From: Mobula hypostoma
Taxonomy: Eukaryota
NCBI RefSeq assembly: GCF_963921235.1
Contig: NC_086101.1
Location: 30,132,001-30,196,000 of the forward strand
DNA: 64,000 nt
Direction: 5' to 3'
Each line of letters begins with the position of its first letter. Within the stretch, counting starts at the first letter, position 1. Under the pieces are notes generated by a model. That model ran no database searches. It was not told the DNA's origin and worked only from the letters and a program-made list of their open reading frames with translations. Shown piece by piece: positions 50,860 through 63,260 of this stretch. The position numbers and the translations under genes were made by a program.

Positions 50860-52322
50860 GTGATCACAATATGATCCAGTTAACATTGAAATCTGAGAGG
50901 GAAAAAATAAAATCCAATGTGTCAGTATTGCAGTGAATAAAGGAAATTACAATGGCATGACAGGGGAACTGGCCAAAGTTGACTGGAAAGGGATATTTGC
51001 AGGAAAGACAGCAGGGCAGCAATGACTGGAGTTTCTGTGAAAAATTATGGAAGTGCAAGACAGATATAGTGCAAATAAAAGAAGAAATTTTCAAAGGGGA
51101 AGAAGGATATTACCGTGGCTTGCAAGTGAAGTCAGAGCCAAAGTAAAAGCAAAAGAGAGGGCATACAAGGAAGCCAGAGCTTGTGGGAAGGTAAAGGATT
51201 GGGGAGTTTTTAAAAACTTGCAGAAGGAAACTAAGAAGGACATTTGGAAGAAAGAGATGAATTATGAGGGAAAGCTGATGACTGATAGTAAAAGAATGTA
51301 CTAAAAGTTTTTTTAAGTATATAAAGGATAAAAGAGAGTTGAGGGAAGATATAGGATCAATAAAAATGACATTGGAGATATCTTAATGAGAAGTGCAGAG
51401 ATAGCAGAGGAACTGAATGCGTATTTTGCATCAATCTTCAGTGAAAGACGTCTGGAGTATACTGGACATTCAAGGCGTGTCAGGGAAGTGAAGTTTGTGC
51501 ATTGAAAATTATGACTAAGAAAGTGCTCAGGAAACTTAATGGGAGGGTGGATAAATCTCCTGGATCTGATAGAATGCTCCCTCGGGTTCTGAAGGAATTA
51601 GCTGGAGAGATTGTGGAAGCATTAACGATGATTTTTCAAGTATTGATAGATTCTGGCATTGTACAAGATGACTAGAAAACTGCAAATGTTACTCTGCTAT
51701 TTAGGAAGGGAGGGAGGCAGCAAAAAGGAAACTATAGACCTGTTAGCCTGACATTAGTGGTTGGGAAGTATTGGAATCGATTGTTAGGGATGAGATTACA
51801 GAGTACCTGGAGGATATACTGACATTGGAGAGGGTTGACAGAAGATTCACAATGATTCCAGGAGTAAAAGGGTTACTGTATAAGGAACATCTGGCAACTC
51901 TTGGGCTGTATTCCATGGAGTTCAGGAGAATGATGGGGGATCTCATAGAAACATTCCGAATGTTAAAAGGCCTGAACAGATTAGGTATGGCTAAGTTATT
52001 TCCTATGATACGAGATTCTAGGACAAGAGGGCACGACTTCAGGATTGAAGGATGTTCTTTTAGAACTGAGATGCAGAGAAATTACTTTAGTCAGAGGTGG
52101 TAAATCTGTGAAATTTGTTGCCACAAGCGGCTGTGGAGGCCAAGTCAGTGGGTCTATTTAAGGCAAAGATAGATAGGTTCTTGATTAGTCAGAGCATCAA
52201 AGGGTATGGGGTGAAGGCAGAGGAGTGGGGATGACTGGAAGAATTAGATCAGCCCATGATTGAATGGCGGAGCAGACCTGATGGGCCAAATGACCTACCT
52301 CTGTTCCTATATCTTACGGTCT
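50860..52322 (+). mobile_element. CR1 ORF2 with internal deletion
   Basis: NYRPVSLTLVVGK.LESIVRDEI joined directly to LTLERVDRRF; 3' UTR. Confidence 0.8.
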
Positions 52323-53354
52323 TTACAATCCTGGTTCCTTTATCTCTCTTTCTCTCTCCCAAACCCTCTGAATGGGTGACCTCCTCTATAACTTTGTGCA
52401 ATCAACGGATTAATGCAGGAAGTTAAAGAGATTAGAATAGATTAATGGGAGACTTCGACAGCTTTTTTCCCAAGAGGAAGCTGGCTTCACTCTATCCTGT
52501 CATCTCTCCTCTTCCTCTCCTGCAACTGAAAAAATACTATTTTCTTCTTCTCTGTTTTGGTAAAAGCTTTACAGTCTGAAAAGTTAAAACTGTTTCTGAT
52601 TTCATCAATTCTGCATGATTCAGTAAATTCTTAAGTATTTTCAGATTCCTTGTATAAGATTGAAGCCTGGTTATGGGAACTGAGAGACTTGCTCTACCTG
52701 CCGTGCTACAGTGTCACCCCAGTGTGTATCAGTCACTATCCTTTTTTCTAAATATGACATGGTGGAATTGTTTATTTTTCATTTCCTTTGATTTTTTTTT
52801 ACCTGAAGCATTCAGCCCAGTAAAACAACAGTTAATCACATCTACCTCTCAGTTCCAGAGGCCTGGATTTAAGGATACAAAAGTATAGGAGCAGGTGTCA
52901 GCCATTTGGTCATCAAACCTGGCCTGCCAATTAGTGGCTGATCTGCCCAAACCCTTAACTAGGCTTCTTTGCCAGTTTCCTAAGAATCTCAATTCCTCCA
53001 TCTTTCAGCAATACAACCACATTTGTTTTTCATGTATGAAGAGGCCTAGCTTCCTCAAATGTCCGGCATAGAGAGTGCCTGAGATTGATCACCCTCTGTA
53101 AATGGAAATACTTATACATTTTGTTTGTAAATAATCTGTCCCTTAGCTTGGAAAGTTGTTCCATCCTGCCCCCCAACCTAATGAAAATGCTCCCAAGTGA
53201 AGTTTGCTTTCCAACCATGCCCTTCATTTAATAACTTGTCACTTATTTACTATAGTCAATTACATGCCCTAGTGAAAGCATTTTATGTGCTGACTGAAGA
53301 TTTTATGTTCTGCCTGAAATCATGTCTGTTTCGATGATGTGCTATCACTTCCAG

Positions 53355-56300
53355 TGTATGACAAAGATGAGTTGAGTGAGAAATATAGCCCCCATGGCCA
53401 CCCTCAGAATCGCTCAGCTCGCTGTCATCTAGGGAAACAGCCCTCGACCCCAGCAAACTGGGTAATTAGTTTGTGTGGATGCTGTGTGATGTACCCCACC
53501 CCGCCCAAATAACACCCAATACACCAGATACGATTAAATGATTTACAGTTTATACATATTACTGGAACTATATAATTAAGAGAGAATAAAATATAAAAGG
53601 AAAATAAAAGGCGCCACACTTAACAAAGTTCAATCCCTTCGTGCACAAAAAAGTTAGAGCTCAAGACCCTTCTTCTTCCTTCGACCCCTCGGACCACCTT
53701 GACCGGCCCCCTGGGACCAACAATGGTGGTTGACCAGACACTCTACACGAGTCCACCTCCGTCTCCTCTTCTCGCCGAATGCCCTCCTTGGGGTCCGACC
53801 CCGTTAGTGGACATCACAGCACCTGGCTCATCCTCTGTCCCTCTCTCCCGCCTTCTGCCCCCAAACCCCGCGCATCCACATCTTCCAGATACATCAAAAT
53901 CATAACAACTATCCCAATTGGTTAATAGCACACTGTCCAGCTAGAGACTTTCTCAGCATTTAACATAACAAAGAAGCATTCCCAAGTACAACATAACAAA
54001 GAAGCCATTTTAATTAGCCTACGCAGTAAAAGACGAAACCCCCTTACACTCTCCCCCCACCAAATAAAGTCATGTCCTCATGACTTCTAAATAACTCACC
54101 AACCAGTCTTGCAGACACACAACACACACAGACACAGGTACACACAGTGACGGTGCTCCCCAAGCAGTGGACTTTACGCCCGTCCCACGGGCACTACATA
54201 GGTCAACCTATCTGGGAGCTTCTTAACCCTCTGAGACCTCCGTACCCCCTCACCTAAACCCAAAAGTCTCAGACTCTACTAGGGGATACCTCGGGCCTGC
54301 TTGCCAACTCCTATCTCACTCAGGCCACCATTACAGCTTGGAACCCCCTGTCCCGCGTCCGGGGCCCCGCTTCTTTTTCTTCCTGAACCTGCCGTAACCC
54401 AGACTGCCCACGGCTAGCCCTCCCCACTGCACCTGATTCAGTGGGAGAAGGGACAAAGGTCTCTTCCTCAATCACGGGGAAGTTAGCGAAAGGCAGCATG
54501 TACCACATGTGCAGCGCATCAGCCTTCGAATCCGTATTCTTCCTCATTCCCTCGATCGGTAGCTGCTGTTTGAGTTTCTCCAAACTGAATCATTTAGCCG
54601 GGGCTACCCCTTCAGCCTCCTGCAGTCGAGACGTCAGCTTCAACTCTCGCCACAGCCTCAGCAGTTCTGACTCAGGGCTCTTGGCCATTTCAATCTGGGA
54701 CGCAGTTACCCCACCAGCTTCTTCCACCCTGACCTGAAAAGCAGCAGTTAAAGGAAGTTCAGCCTCCAGTTTTTTCTTCCTGATGATGTCTTCCAGGTGA
54801 ACTTTCAGTTTTTCCACTCTTTTCTAGATCGACGTCTTGAGTTTCTGCTGATCCCTTCGAAGGTGGGTCATTGTTTCTTCTTGCTGGATTAATTCATCAG
54901 TACATGACCGCAGTGTCGGCTCGGAATTCTGTTGCTCCTTCTCCACGTTGACGAGCGTGAATTGCAAGTCTGCAATGGTCGTCCCACAAACGCAGCACTC
55001 AGTCTCTGGCCGGCATTTCTGAGCACACAGTTCAGCAGTGCAAATCTCCTCTCTCCTCTGTGTCTCATTCATGGGGTTTCCATCCCCAGGTCCCCCACCG
55101 TCTGTTCCAACACCAGGAAGTTCAACTAGTATGTCGGGTCATTTTTCTCACATTGCACCTGTTATGTACCCCGTAACTGGGTTGCCAAACCAGCAGAAAT
55201 GGATCACTCAGTTGGAGTCTGGATTACTAGAACTAAGAAAGTGTTATTAAAGAAACAAACAACACAGTACTCTAATCAAAAGGATAATAAATGTAACAGT
55301 TCAGCAATGATAAACACACATGTACACAGAATTAGGGTAACAGGATCAATCAAGCTCTACCGTCTAGGGGTAAATGACCAGTTTCAAAGTGACGCAAAGT
55401 TCAGTTCAATTGAATTCAGTTCAGTTCGCAGTAATCAGTGCCGTGGGAGATGGACAGTGGGGGGAAGGAGAGAGAGAGCAAAACAAATGAATATTCAAAC
55501 AGCTTCCACACAGACCTTCGATATTCTTCGCAGTCAGCTTTCGGGCGAGCCCTTTGTGATGTCTTCTGAGGTCACCGACCGTGACCACTCTGTTTCCAGA
55601 TACGATCGTTTCTCTGCGGTGAACCTGGCACCCAGGCAAGGGTGGACACACACACCAGGCTCCCGCCGATCATGCCTTTTCACCCTGTGCGTCTATGGCT
55701 TTGTCCCGCGACCGGCCCTCCAAAACTTCCCACCGACTTATGGGAGGCGCACCGCTTCCAGGGTCTCGTTACCTCATGGTGTCGTGTGTGTCTTGCCTTA
55801 GCAAACCTGTCCCTTTTTATCCCCCTGCTGGGGTATCACCTGTCCATCACTTCAAACAGTTCAGGGTTCAAAGGGGAAGCTGATCTTGACAGCTCTCCTT
55901 CCGTTAAACTCTCCCGTCCCTTCATTAACATCTCCAAATGCTGCTCCATTGTTTTCCTTATCTCTCTTTCTCCTGAAGACAGGTGGCAGACCAATTGCTG
56001 ATCCCACTGGTGCCAGCACAGTACAGCTAACATCTTAATTTATGTGTATTCTTGTCACACACCAAACTCCCCCGGCCAAAAACTCCTCCACATTTGACAC
56101 TTCGCTTCTGTCGCCCGGGCTCAGTCCCTCGCCTCGCCGTATAGTCCCTCCAGGCGAATCCAAGCTCTAGGAGGTCATCCACAGACGCCAAAACTCCACA
56201 CACCTTCTCTTCCCCCATGGTCTTCCTCATGCCCCGCGGGAAGGATGCAGGAGCTCCGGATATGCCCTTGGGCATCTTTTCGGATCGGAAGAATCCTAGG

Positions 56301-57490
56301 GAACTAATAACGGCCGTCTTCGGCTCGACAGCCGCACTCCTCGGGATCTGGCAACATCCACTCCTCAGATCCAGAGCATTAAACCACGTCGCATATTCCG
56401 CACACAGGCTGCCTCCATCTTCCACGGTGCCAGGCTCCAGCTGCCGCAACCTCTCTCTCACTGAGGTGTCTTTAGCGGTCAACTCCCCTCCTTTGTGGTA
56501 GTTTGGGCCATCTACTAAGAGGGTCTCACCCTCAGCTACTTTCCCCAGGCCGTACCACCGCTGGGTCTCGTTTAAATTCGGTACCGGCTCAAGGCTGCTA
56601 CACACGTCCTCAGAAGCAACTCGCACGCTTGGTGCCCAGACAATGCCCCCATGAACTCCAGGATCATTAACCAATCATCGTCTTCTGGGTAACTACTGGC
56701 ACTGGTACCCACAATCTCCGGTGCCCTTGCGGTTGTCAAGGGTAAATGCTTCAGACACCGGTTGTAAAACGAACTGTACAACATGTTGACCTGCGCCCCG
56801 AGGTACATTGGTACATTGCTGGGAATGTGCTTCCCCAGAGATCCCAAGCTGTTCCCCCACTGGGCCTCCACTAAGTTTCCCGACACCTCTCTAATCAGCT
56901 GAACAACTGAAGGCGGGGCTGATCCCCTGAAATGATCCCCCTGGCACTGCAAACAATTTAGCTGCCCTCCTAGCCAGAGAAGATACACTAAAAACTACCC
57001 CCCGCCCTTTCAAATAACTGACAGCTGTTACTACGGTGTAAGTAAGTGTAAGTGAACCTGACAGCTCTAACACCGTAAATACGTCACCAGCCCGCCGCCT
57101 TAAACTTGCAACCAATCCCAGTCGCTCTCCCTCAACCGAGCACTGCCATTCATCTTACAACTGAGAGATCCGCTCCGCCCACGTCTCGCATGCCTCCGCC
57201 CCTTCTGGAGTGGACACTATCCGAAACCTGCCAGAGCTAGAACATTTATTCGCACACACTACCGCCAAATCAGACCACTCTTTCCTCTCTCACCCAACAG
57301 CATGGACAGCCCCCCGTTCCACTTCCAACTCGTCAATGCTAGCCTGAACTCGAACATAGACGGCATCCACCACGCATACAGCAATAACCAGCAAATAACC
57401 CACAGAGACACACATTACAGATGTAAACAGAGCACCCACACAACATACCAGTAGACTCAATCCCGGAGTAAAAGAGGAAACCCCCTTACA
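53355..57490 (-). mobile_element. Deleted Gypsy LTR retrotransposon with nested solo LTR
   Basis: LTR ending cccccttaca at 54048 next to a PPT (reverse complement ggtggggggagag). Integrase C-terminal remnants at 54300-55150. [53 protein letters not shown]. Second LTR about 57026-57490. The left boundary is uncertain. Confidence 0.75.
55160..56059. mobile_element. Solo LTR, 900 bp, 4-bp TSD CACC
   Basis: TGTT...CACA termini; cacc at 55156-55159 and 56060-56063. Confidence 0.8.
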
Positions 57491-57510
57491 GACGTTGTTT
57501 ACTTGTTAAT

Positions 57511-57787
57511 TTATTTTTTATTTATTGAGATATAGTGCAGAACAGGTCCTTCCAGACCTTCAAGCCACACCACCCAGCAATCCCCCACCCCCATTTAATC
57601 CTAGGCTAATCATGGGACTATTTACAATGACCTATACCTAACCAGTAGATCTTTGGACTGTGGGAGGAAACCGCAGCACCTGGAGCAAACCCATGCAGTT
57701 ACAAGGAGAATGTACAAACTCCTTATAGGCAGCGGTGAGAATTGAACCCAGGCTGCCTGCACTGCTAACCACTATGCTACCATGCTG
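57511..57787 (-). mobile_element. V-SINE (HE1-like)
   Basis: tgtgggaggaaaccgcagcacctggagcaaacccatgcag..gaattgaaccc. Confidence 0.75.
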
Positions 57788-57915
57788 GTTGTTGTATGTT
57801 TTTCTTAATGTAAGTGAATATGGGAGAAGAATTAAGGACTGATTGGATGATGGAAATGAAAGAGGGAAAATGAGATTAGTGGAATCGATTCTTTATGGTT
57901 GCAGTACAAATCATA

Positions 57916-60066
57916 CTAGATCTAGTAGTAGGTAGTGAACCGGGTCAGGTCACAGATCTCTCAGTGGGTGAGCATCTGGGGGACAGTGATCACCGCTCCC
58001 TGGCCTTTAGCATTATCATGGAAAAGAATAGAGTCAGAGAGGACAGGAAAATATTTAATTGGGGAAGGGCAAATTCTGAGGTTATAAGGCTAGAACTTGT
58101 GGGTGTGAATTGAGATGATATTTTTGCAGGGAATTGTACTATGGACATGTGGTCAACATTTAGAGATCTCTTGCAGGATGTTAGGGATAAATTTGTCCCG
58201 GTGAGGAAGATAAAGAATGGTAGGGTGAAGCAACCATGGGTGACAAGTGAGGTGGAAAATCTAGTCAGGTGGAAGAAGGTAGCATATATGAGGTTTAGGA
58301 AGCAAGGATCAGATGGGTCTATTGAGGAATATAGGGAAGCAAGAAAGGAGCTTAAGAAGGGGCTGAGAAGAGCAAGAAGGGGGCATGAGAAGGCCCTGGC
58401 GAGTAGGGTAAAGGAAAATCCCAAGGCATTCTTCAATTATGTGAAGAGAAAAAGGATGACAGGAGTGAAGGTAGGACTGATTAGAGATAAAGGTGGGAAG
58501 ATGTGCCTGGAGACTGTGGAAGTGATCGAGGTCCTCAATGAATACTTCTCTTCGGTATCCACCAATGAGAGGGAACTTGATGATGGTGAGGACTATATGA
58601 GTGAGGTTGATGTTCCAGAGCATGCTGATATTAAGGGAGAGGAGGTGTTGGAGTTGTTAAAATACATTAGGATGGATAAGTCCCCGGGGCCTGATGGAAT
58701 ATTCCTCAGGCTGCTCCACATGGTGAGGGAAGAGATTGCTGAGCCTCTGGCTAGGGTCTTTATGTCATCGTTGTCCACAGGAATGGTACCAGAGATTTGG
58801 AGGGAGGCAAATGTTGTCCCCTTGTTCAAAAAAGGTAGTAGGGATAGTCCGGGTAATTATAGACCAGTGAGCATTATGTCTGTGGTGGGAAAGCTGTTGG
58901 AAAAGATTCTTAGAGATAGGATATATGGACATTTAGAGAATCATGGTCTGATCAGGGACAGTCAGCATGGTTTTGTGAAGGGCAGATCGCGTCTAACAAG
59001 CCTGAAAGAGTTCTTTGAGGAGGTGACCAGGCATATAGATGAGGGTAGTGCAGTGGATGTGATCTATATGGATTTTAGTAAGGCATATGACAAGGTTCCA
59101 CGTGGTACGCTTATTCAGAAAGTCAGAAGGCATGGGATCCAGGGAAGTTTGGCCAGGTGGATTCTGAACTGGCTTGCCTGCAGAAGGCAGAGGGTCATGG
59201 TGGAGGATTGTGACTACTGGTCTCCCATAAGGATCTGATCTGGGACCTCTACTTTTCATGATTTTTATTAATAACCTGGATGTGGGGGTAGAGGGGTGGG
59301 TTGGCAAGTTTGCAGATGACGCAAAGGTTGGTGGTGTTGTAGATAGTGTAGAGGATTGTTGAAGATTGCAGAGAGACATTGATAGGATGCAGAAGTGGGC
59401 TGAGGAGTAGCAGAAAGTTGCCTCACAGGTGGATAGGGTAGTTAAGAAAGCTTATGGGGTGTTAGCTTTCATAAGTCGAGGCATAGCATTTAAGAGTCGT
59501 GATGTAATGATGCAGCTCTATAAAAAACTGGTTGGGCCAAACTTGGTGTACTGTGTTCAGTTCTGGTCGCCTTAATATAGGAAGGATGTGGAAGCATTGG
59601 AAAGGGTACAGAGGAGATTCACCAGGATGCTGTCTGGTTTAGAGAGTATGCATTATGATCAGAGATTAAGGGAGCTAGGGCTTTACTCTTTGGAGAGAAG
59701 GAGGATGAGAGGAGACATGATAGAGGTGTACAAGCTAATAAGGGGAATAGATAGAGTGGATAGCCAGCGCCTCTTCCCCAGGGCACCACTGCTCAATACA
59801 AGAGGACATGGCTTTAAGGTAAGGGGTGGGAAGTTCAAGGGGGATATTAGAGGAAGATTTTTTTACTCAGAGTGGTTGGTGCATGGAATGCATTGCCTGA
59901 GTCAGTGGTGGAGGCAGATACACTAGTGAAGTTTAAGAGACTACTAGACAGGTATATGGAGGAATTTAAGGTGGGGGCTTATATGGGAGGCAGTGTTTGA
60001 GGGTCAGCACAACATTGTGGGCCGAAGGGCCTGTGCTGTGCTGTGCTATTCTATGTTCTATGTTCT
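57916..60066 (+). mobile_element. CR1 ORF2, 5'-truncated; same subfamily as 38590-41930
   Basis: 365-aa ORF at 58141-59238 with NYRPVS and YMDFSKAYDKVP; tail ttctatgttctat. Confidence 0.92.
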
Positions 60067-60069
60067 ATA

Positions 60070-60791
60070 ACCAACATTTTGCAGCTGTACATTGATAGGA
60101 TGCAGACTGTGCTGAGAGGTGGCAGATGGAATTCAAGCTGGAAAGGTGTGAGGCGATATACTTTGAAAGGACAGACGAATGCAGACTACAGGGTTAATGG
60201 CAGGATTTTTCACTTGTTAAAGCAACAGAGGAATCTTTGAGTTTTCAACCATAGATCACCCAAATTCACCATGGAATTTGATGGGGTGTATAAGAAGGCA
60301 TGTAGTGTGCTGGCCTTAATTAGTTGAGAAATTGATTTCAAACAGAGGATATTTACTAGGATGCTGCCTGGATTACAGATCATGTCTTATGAAAAATGTG
60401 GCATGAACTTTTCACTTTTGAGCAAGGGAGAATGAAAGCTGTCTTGATAAGATGACAGAGTGGGAAAGCAGCCCCTTTTTCCTGGGGAGGGGGTGTAATA
60501 GTTAATATGGGTGCTCATAATTTTAAGATGTTTGGAGGAAAGTATAGTGGGGAGGTCAGTAGTTTTTTTTTACACAGGGAGCAGTGGGTGCGTGGAATGT
60601 GTCACTAGATATTGCGGTAGATACAGATACATTTTGGACATTTAAGATTCTCATAGGCATAGAAAGGCAGATGGAAGGCAATATGGGTGGGAACCATTAG
60701 ATTGATCTTGGATAGATTAAAATATTAACACAAAATTATGGAAAAAAGGGCACATATACTATATACTATTTTTTTCTGTTCTATGTTCTAT
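60070..60791 (+). mobile_element. Old CR1 3' fragment ending just upstream of the alpha3 acceptor
   Basis: Decayed RT C-terminus and 3' UTR ending ttttttctgttctatgttctat. Confidence 0.7.
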
Positions 60792-60798
60792 CATGTAG

Positions 60799-61065
60799 TT
60801 GTTCCTGAGGTCTTTCTTAATGCACAGAAGCGCGATTACTGGTTTCTCCAATGCAGCGTATTTGGGTTTTATCCAACGGCCATCAAAGTGAGCTGGTTCC
60901 AGAATGAGAAACATGTCTCTGAGACAAAATCTACTGGAGTATTACCAAATGAAGATGGAACATATCAACTGCGGTCTGTCCTTGATATTGATCCATTTGA
61001 TGGCAAAAAGTATTACTGCCATGTCAATCATAGTAGCATGCCGGATGGGAAGACAGTCATCTGGG
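60799..61065 (+). CDS. MHC class I-like exon 4, alpha3 (C1-set Ig)
   Basis: catgtag|..|gtaagg; LQCSVFGFYP..VSW..LPNEDGTYQL..YYCHVNHSS; 267 nt. Confidence 0.95.
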
Positions 61066-61847
61066 GTAAGGACATTCATATCTGAGCAGATAGAATAAGT
61101 TTTAGAACTATTAATAACAGAGTTTATCATTATCATTTCCTATTTCCTTTTTAATCCTCCAGACTGCATCCTGTATTCTAATTCCTTTGAATCTTGTTTA
61201 TACTAATATATTGAGTAGTCTTCCATGTTGCTGATGAACGAAAGCAAAAACTGTAACAATTTATAATTCCCATCTTCCAATGTTCATCACAGTGTAAATT
61301 TCTGTCCTTTGCTTTACACAACATTTAGTTGTACATCAGACATTGGTACCACGAATGCAACTTGTTCCAGTTGTTACTCATCTGAAATTGAAAGAAGTAT
61401 TATCAAATGTATTGAACCAAGAATGCTGTGAGAATGGAGAGAGAAGCCCTGTCATATTTTGTAATTATTGAGGTTTTAATTAAATGTTAGAAAATAAACT
61501 ATCTTTAATCAACTGAATTAGCCACCAAAGTGTAATTGATTTATCTATTTATAAGCCCTGGATAAAATGTTCAATTGGATTGTTAAGTGCATAATATTTT
61601 TATCACAAATGCTGGGTACGATCATGCCCATCAAGTGGTAATCTGGCTACCTTTTGATATAAAATGCCATTGCCATTAAATACTGCCCCACAGTTGGCCT
61701 CTTGCATTAACCATGGTGCAAAACCTTAACTGGACTAAGTGTTTAAAGCAAACAACAGGAATTCTGCAGATGCTGGAAATTCACGCAACATACATCAAAG
61801 TTGCTGGTGAACGCAGCAGGCCAAGCAGCATCTATAGGAAGAGGCGC

Positions 61848-61883
61848 AGTCGACGTTTCAGGCCGAGACCCTTCGTCAGGACT
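61848..61883 (-). ncRNA. Minimal type I hammerhead ribozyme, intact core
   Basis: The reverse strand reads AGTC CTGACGA AGGGTCTCGGCCT GAAA CGTC GACT. Confidence 0.75.
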
Positions 61884-61986
61884 AACTGAAGGAAGAGTGA
61901 GTAAGGGATTTGAAAGCTGGAGGGGGAGGGGGAGACTCCCCCTCCCCCTCCAGCTTTCAAATCCCTTACTCACTCTTCCTTCAGTT

Positions 61987-62022
61987 AGTCCTGACGAAGG
62001 GTCTCGGCCTGAAACGTCGACT
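61987..62022 (+). ncRNA. Minimal type I hammerhead ribozyme, intact core
   Basis: AGTC CTGACGA AGGGTCTCGGCCT GAAA CGTC GACT; predicted cut after 62018. Confidence 0.75.
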
Positions 62023-62339
62023 GCGCCTCTTCCTATAGATGCTGCTTGGCCTGCTACGTTCACCAGCAACTTTGATGTATGTTGCTTAAGTGTTTAAAGC
62101 TGTGGTTATCTTACCCAGTCAGTAGCCAATAACTTACACATGATATGCTAAAGCCCCTCCACTATCTTCATGGTTCAAGCAGCACAAAACCATGAGGCCT
62201 GATTTCTACTGTGTGTGTGAAGCCACAAATTTTTTGCTTCCACGTATGTAGTGTGCACTGTCTATAAAATACACTGCAGTCATTTGCCTAGGCTACTCTA
62301 GCAACAAGAAGCAAATATATGACCAGTACAACCATGTAC

Positions 62340-63260
62340 GATGAAGGCATAGAATATAGCATGTTACAGTAGAGACCATGCACTACAGCTCATGATGTTG
62401 AGTGCCAGTTTTAACCTACTCCATCATCAACCTTGCCCTTCCCTGTAACATAGCCCCACGTTTTCCTATCACATGTGCCTATCTAGGATACTTTTAATTA
62501 TCCTTAATGTATCTACCTCTAGTACCACTCCATGACAGCATATTCCATGTAATCAACGACTCCTTTATAAAGATCACAAAGAGCAGATATCCTAAAACAG
62601 TTTCCTGCAGGAAATTATTGGTCACCAGCCTCAGGACAGAATATGCTTCATCTACAGTGACTTATTGTCTTCTATTGGCAAGCCAATTTTGTATCCAAAC
62701 AGACCGGCTTCCCTGTATCCCATGCTTCCAGACTTTCTGAACAAGCCTACAATTTGGAACCTTATCAACTGCTTTACTAAAATCCATAAGCATCCTATCT
62801 ACTGCTCTGCCTTCTCAATGTGCTTTGTCACAACTCCAAAAAATTCAATCAGCTTTGTGAGGTATGACCTGCTCCTCATAAACCCATGTGTCTCCAAATA
62901 CTCATCCTATATCTCAGAACATTTTCCAAAGGCCTGTCCACATCAGATGTCAAACTCACTAGTCTATAACTTCCAGGGTTATCTGTACTCCCTTTCTTGA
63001 ACAAAAGAATATTTGCCAAGCCTCCCTCATCTCGTCCTATTACTGCTTCCAGTGAGCACGCAAAAACATCACAAAAAGTGTATCAATCTCCTCCTTCATT
63101 TCCCATAGTAACCTGGGGTATACCACCATCCAGCCCCAGGGACTTATCTATCCCAAAGTTCTTCAGAAGTTCCAGTGATTTCACTTAATATGAGTATGGT
63201 CAGACATATCATCATGTCCTTGCACTACCCTCACAATCATCAAGTTGCCTCTCACTGGTG
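62340..63260 (-). mobile_element. Decayed CR1 fragments
   Basis: Reverse complement of the CR1 3' end and RT region (ataaacccatgt.., tctataacttccagggtt). Confidence 0.55.

Larger units (their letters stand above)
61750..62086. repeat. Penelope-derived near-perfect palindrome (150-bp arms), 14-bp TSD
   Basis: 61785-61934 is the reverse complement of 61936-62085 with one mismatch seen; TSD taagtgtttaaagc at 61736-61749 and 62087-62100. Confidence 0.92.

Noticed and set aside
53485-53500. tgtgatgtacccc as the Gypsy LTR boundary, similar to the solo LTR end
   Set aside because: No TSD match with the right flank (gctg versus gacg), and LTR-like sequence seems to continue to about 53355; the boundary is left uncertain.
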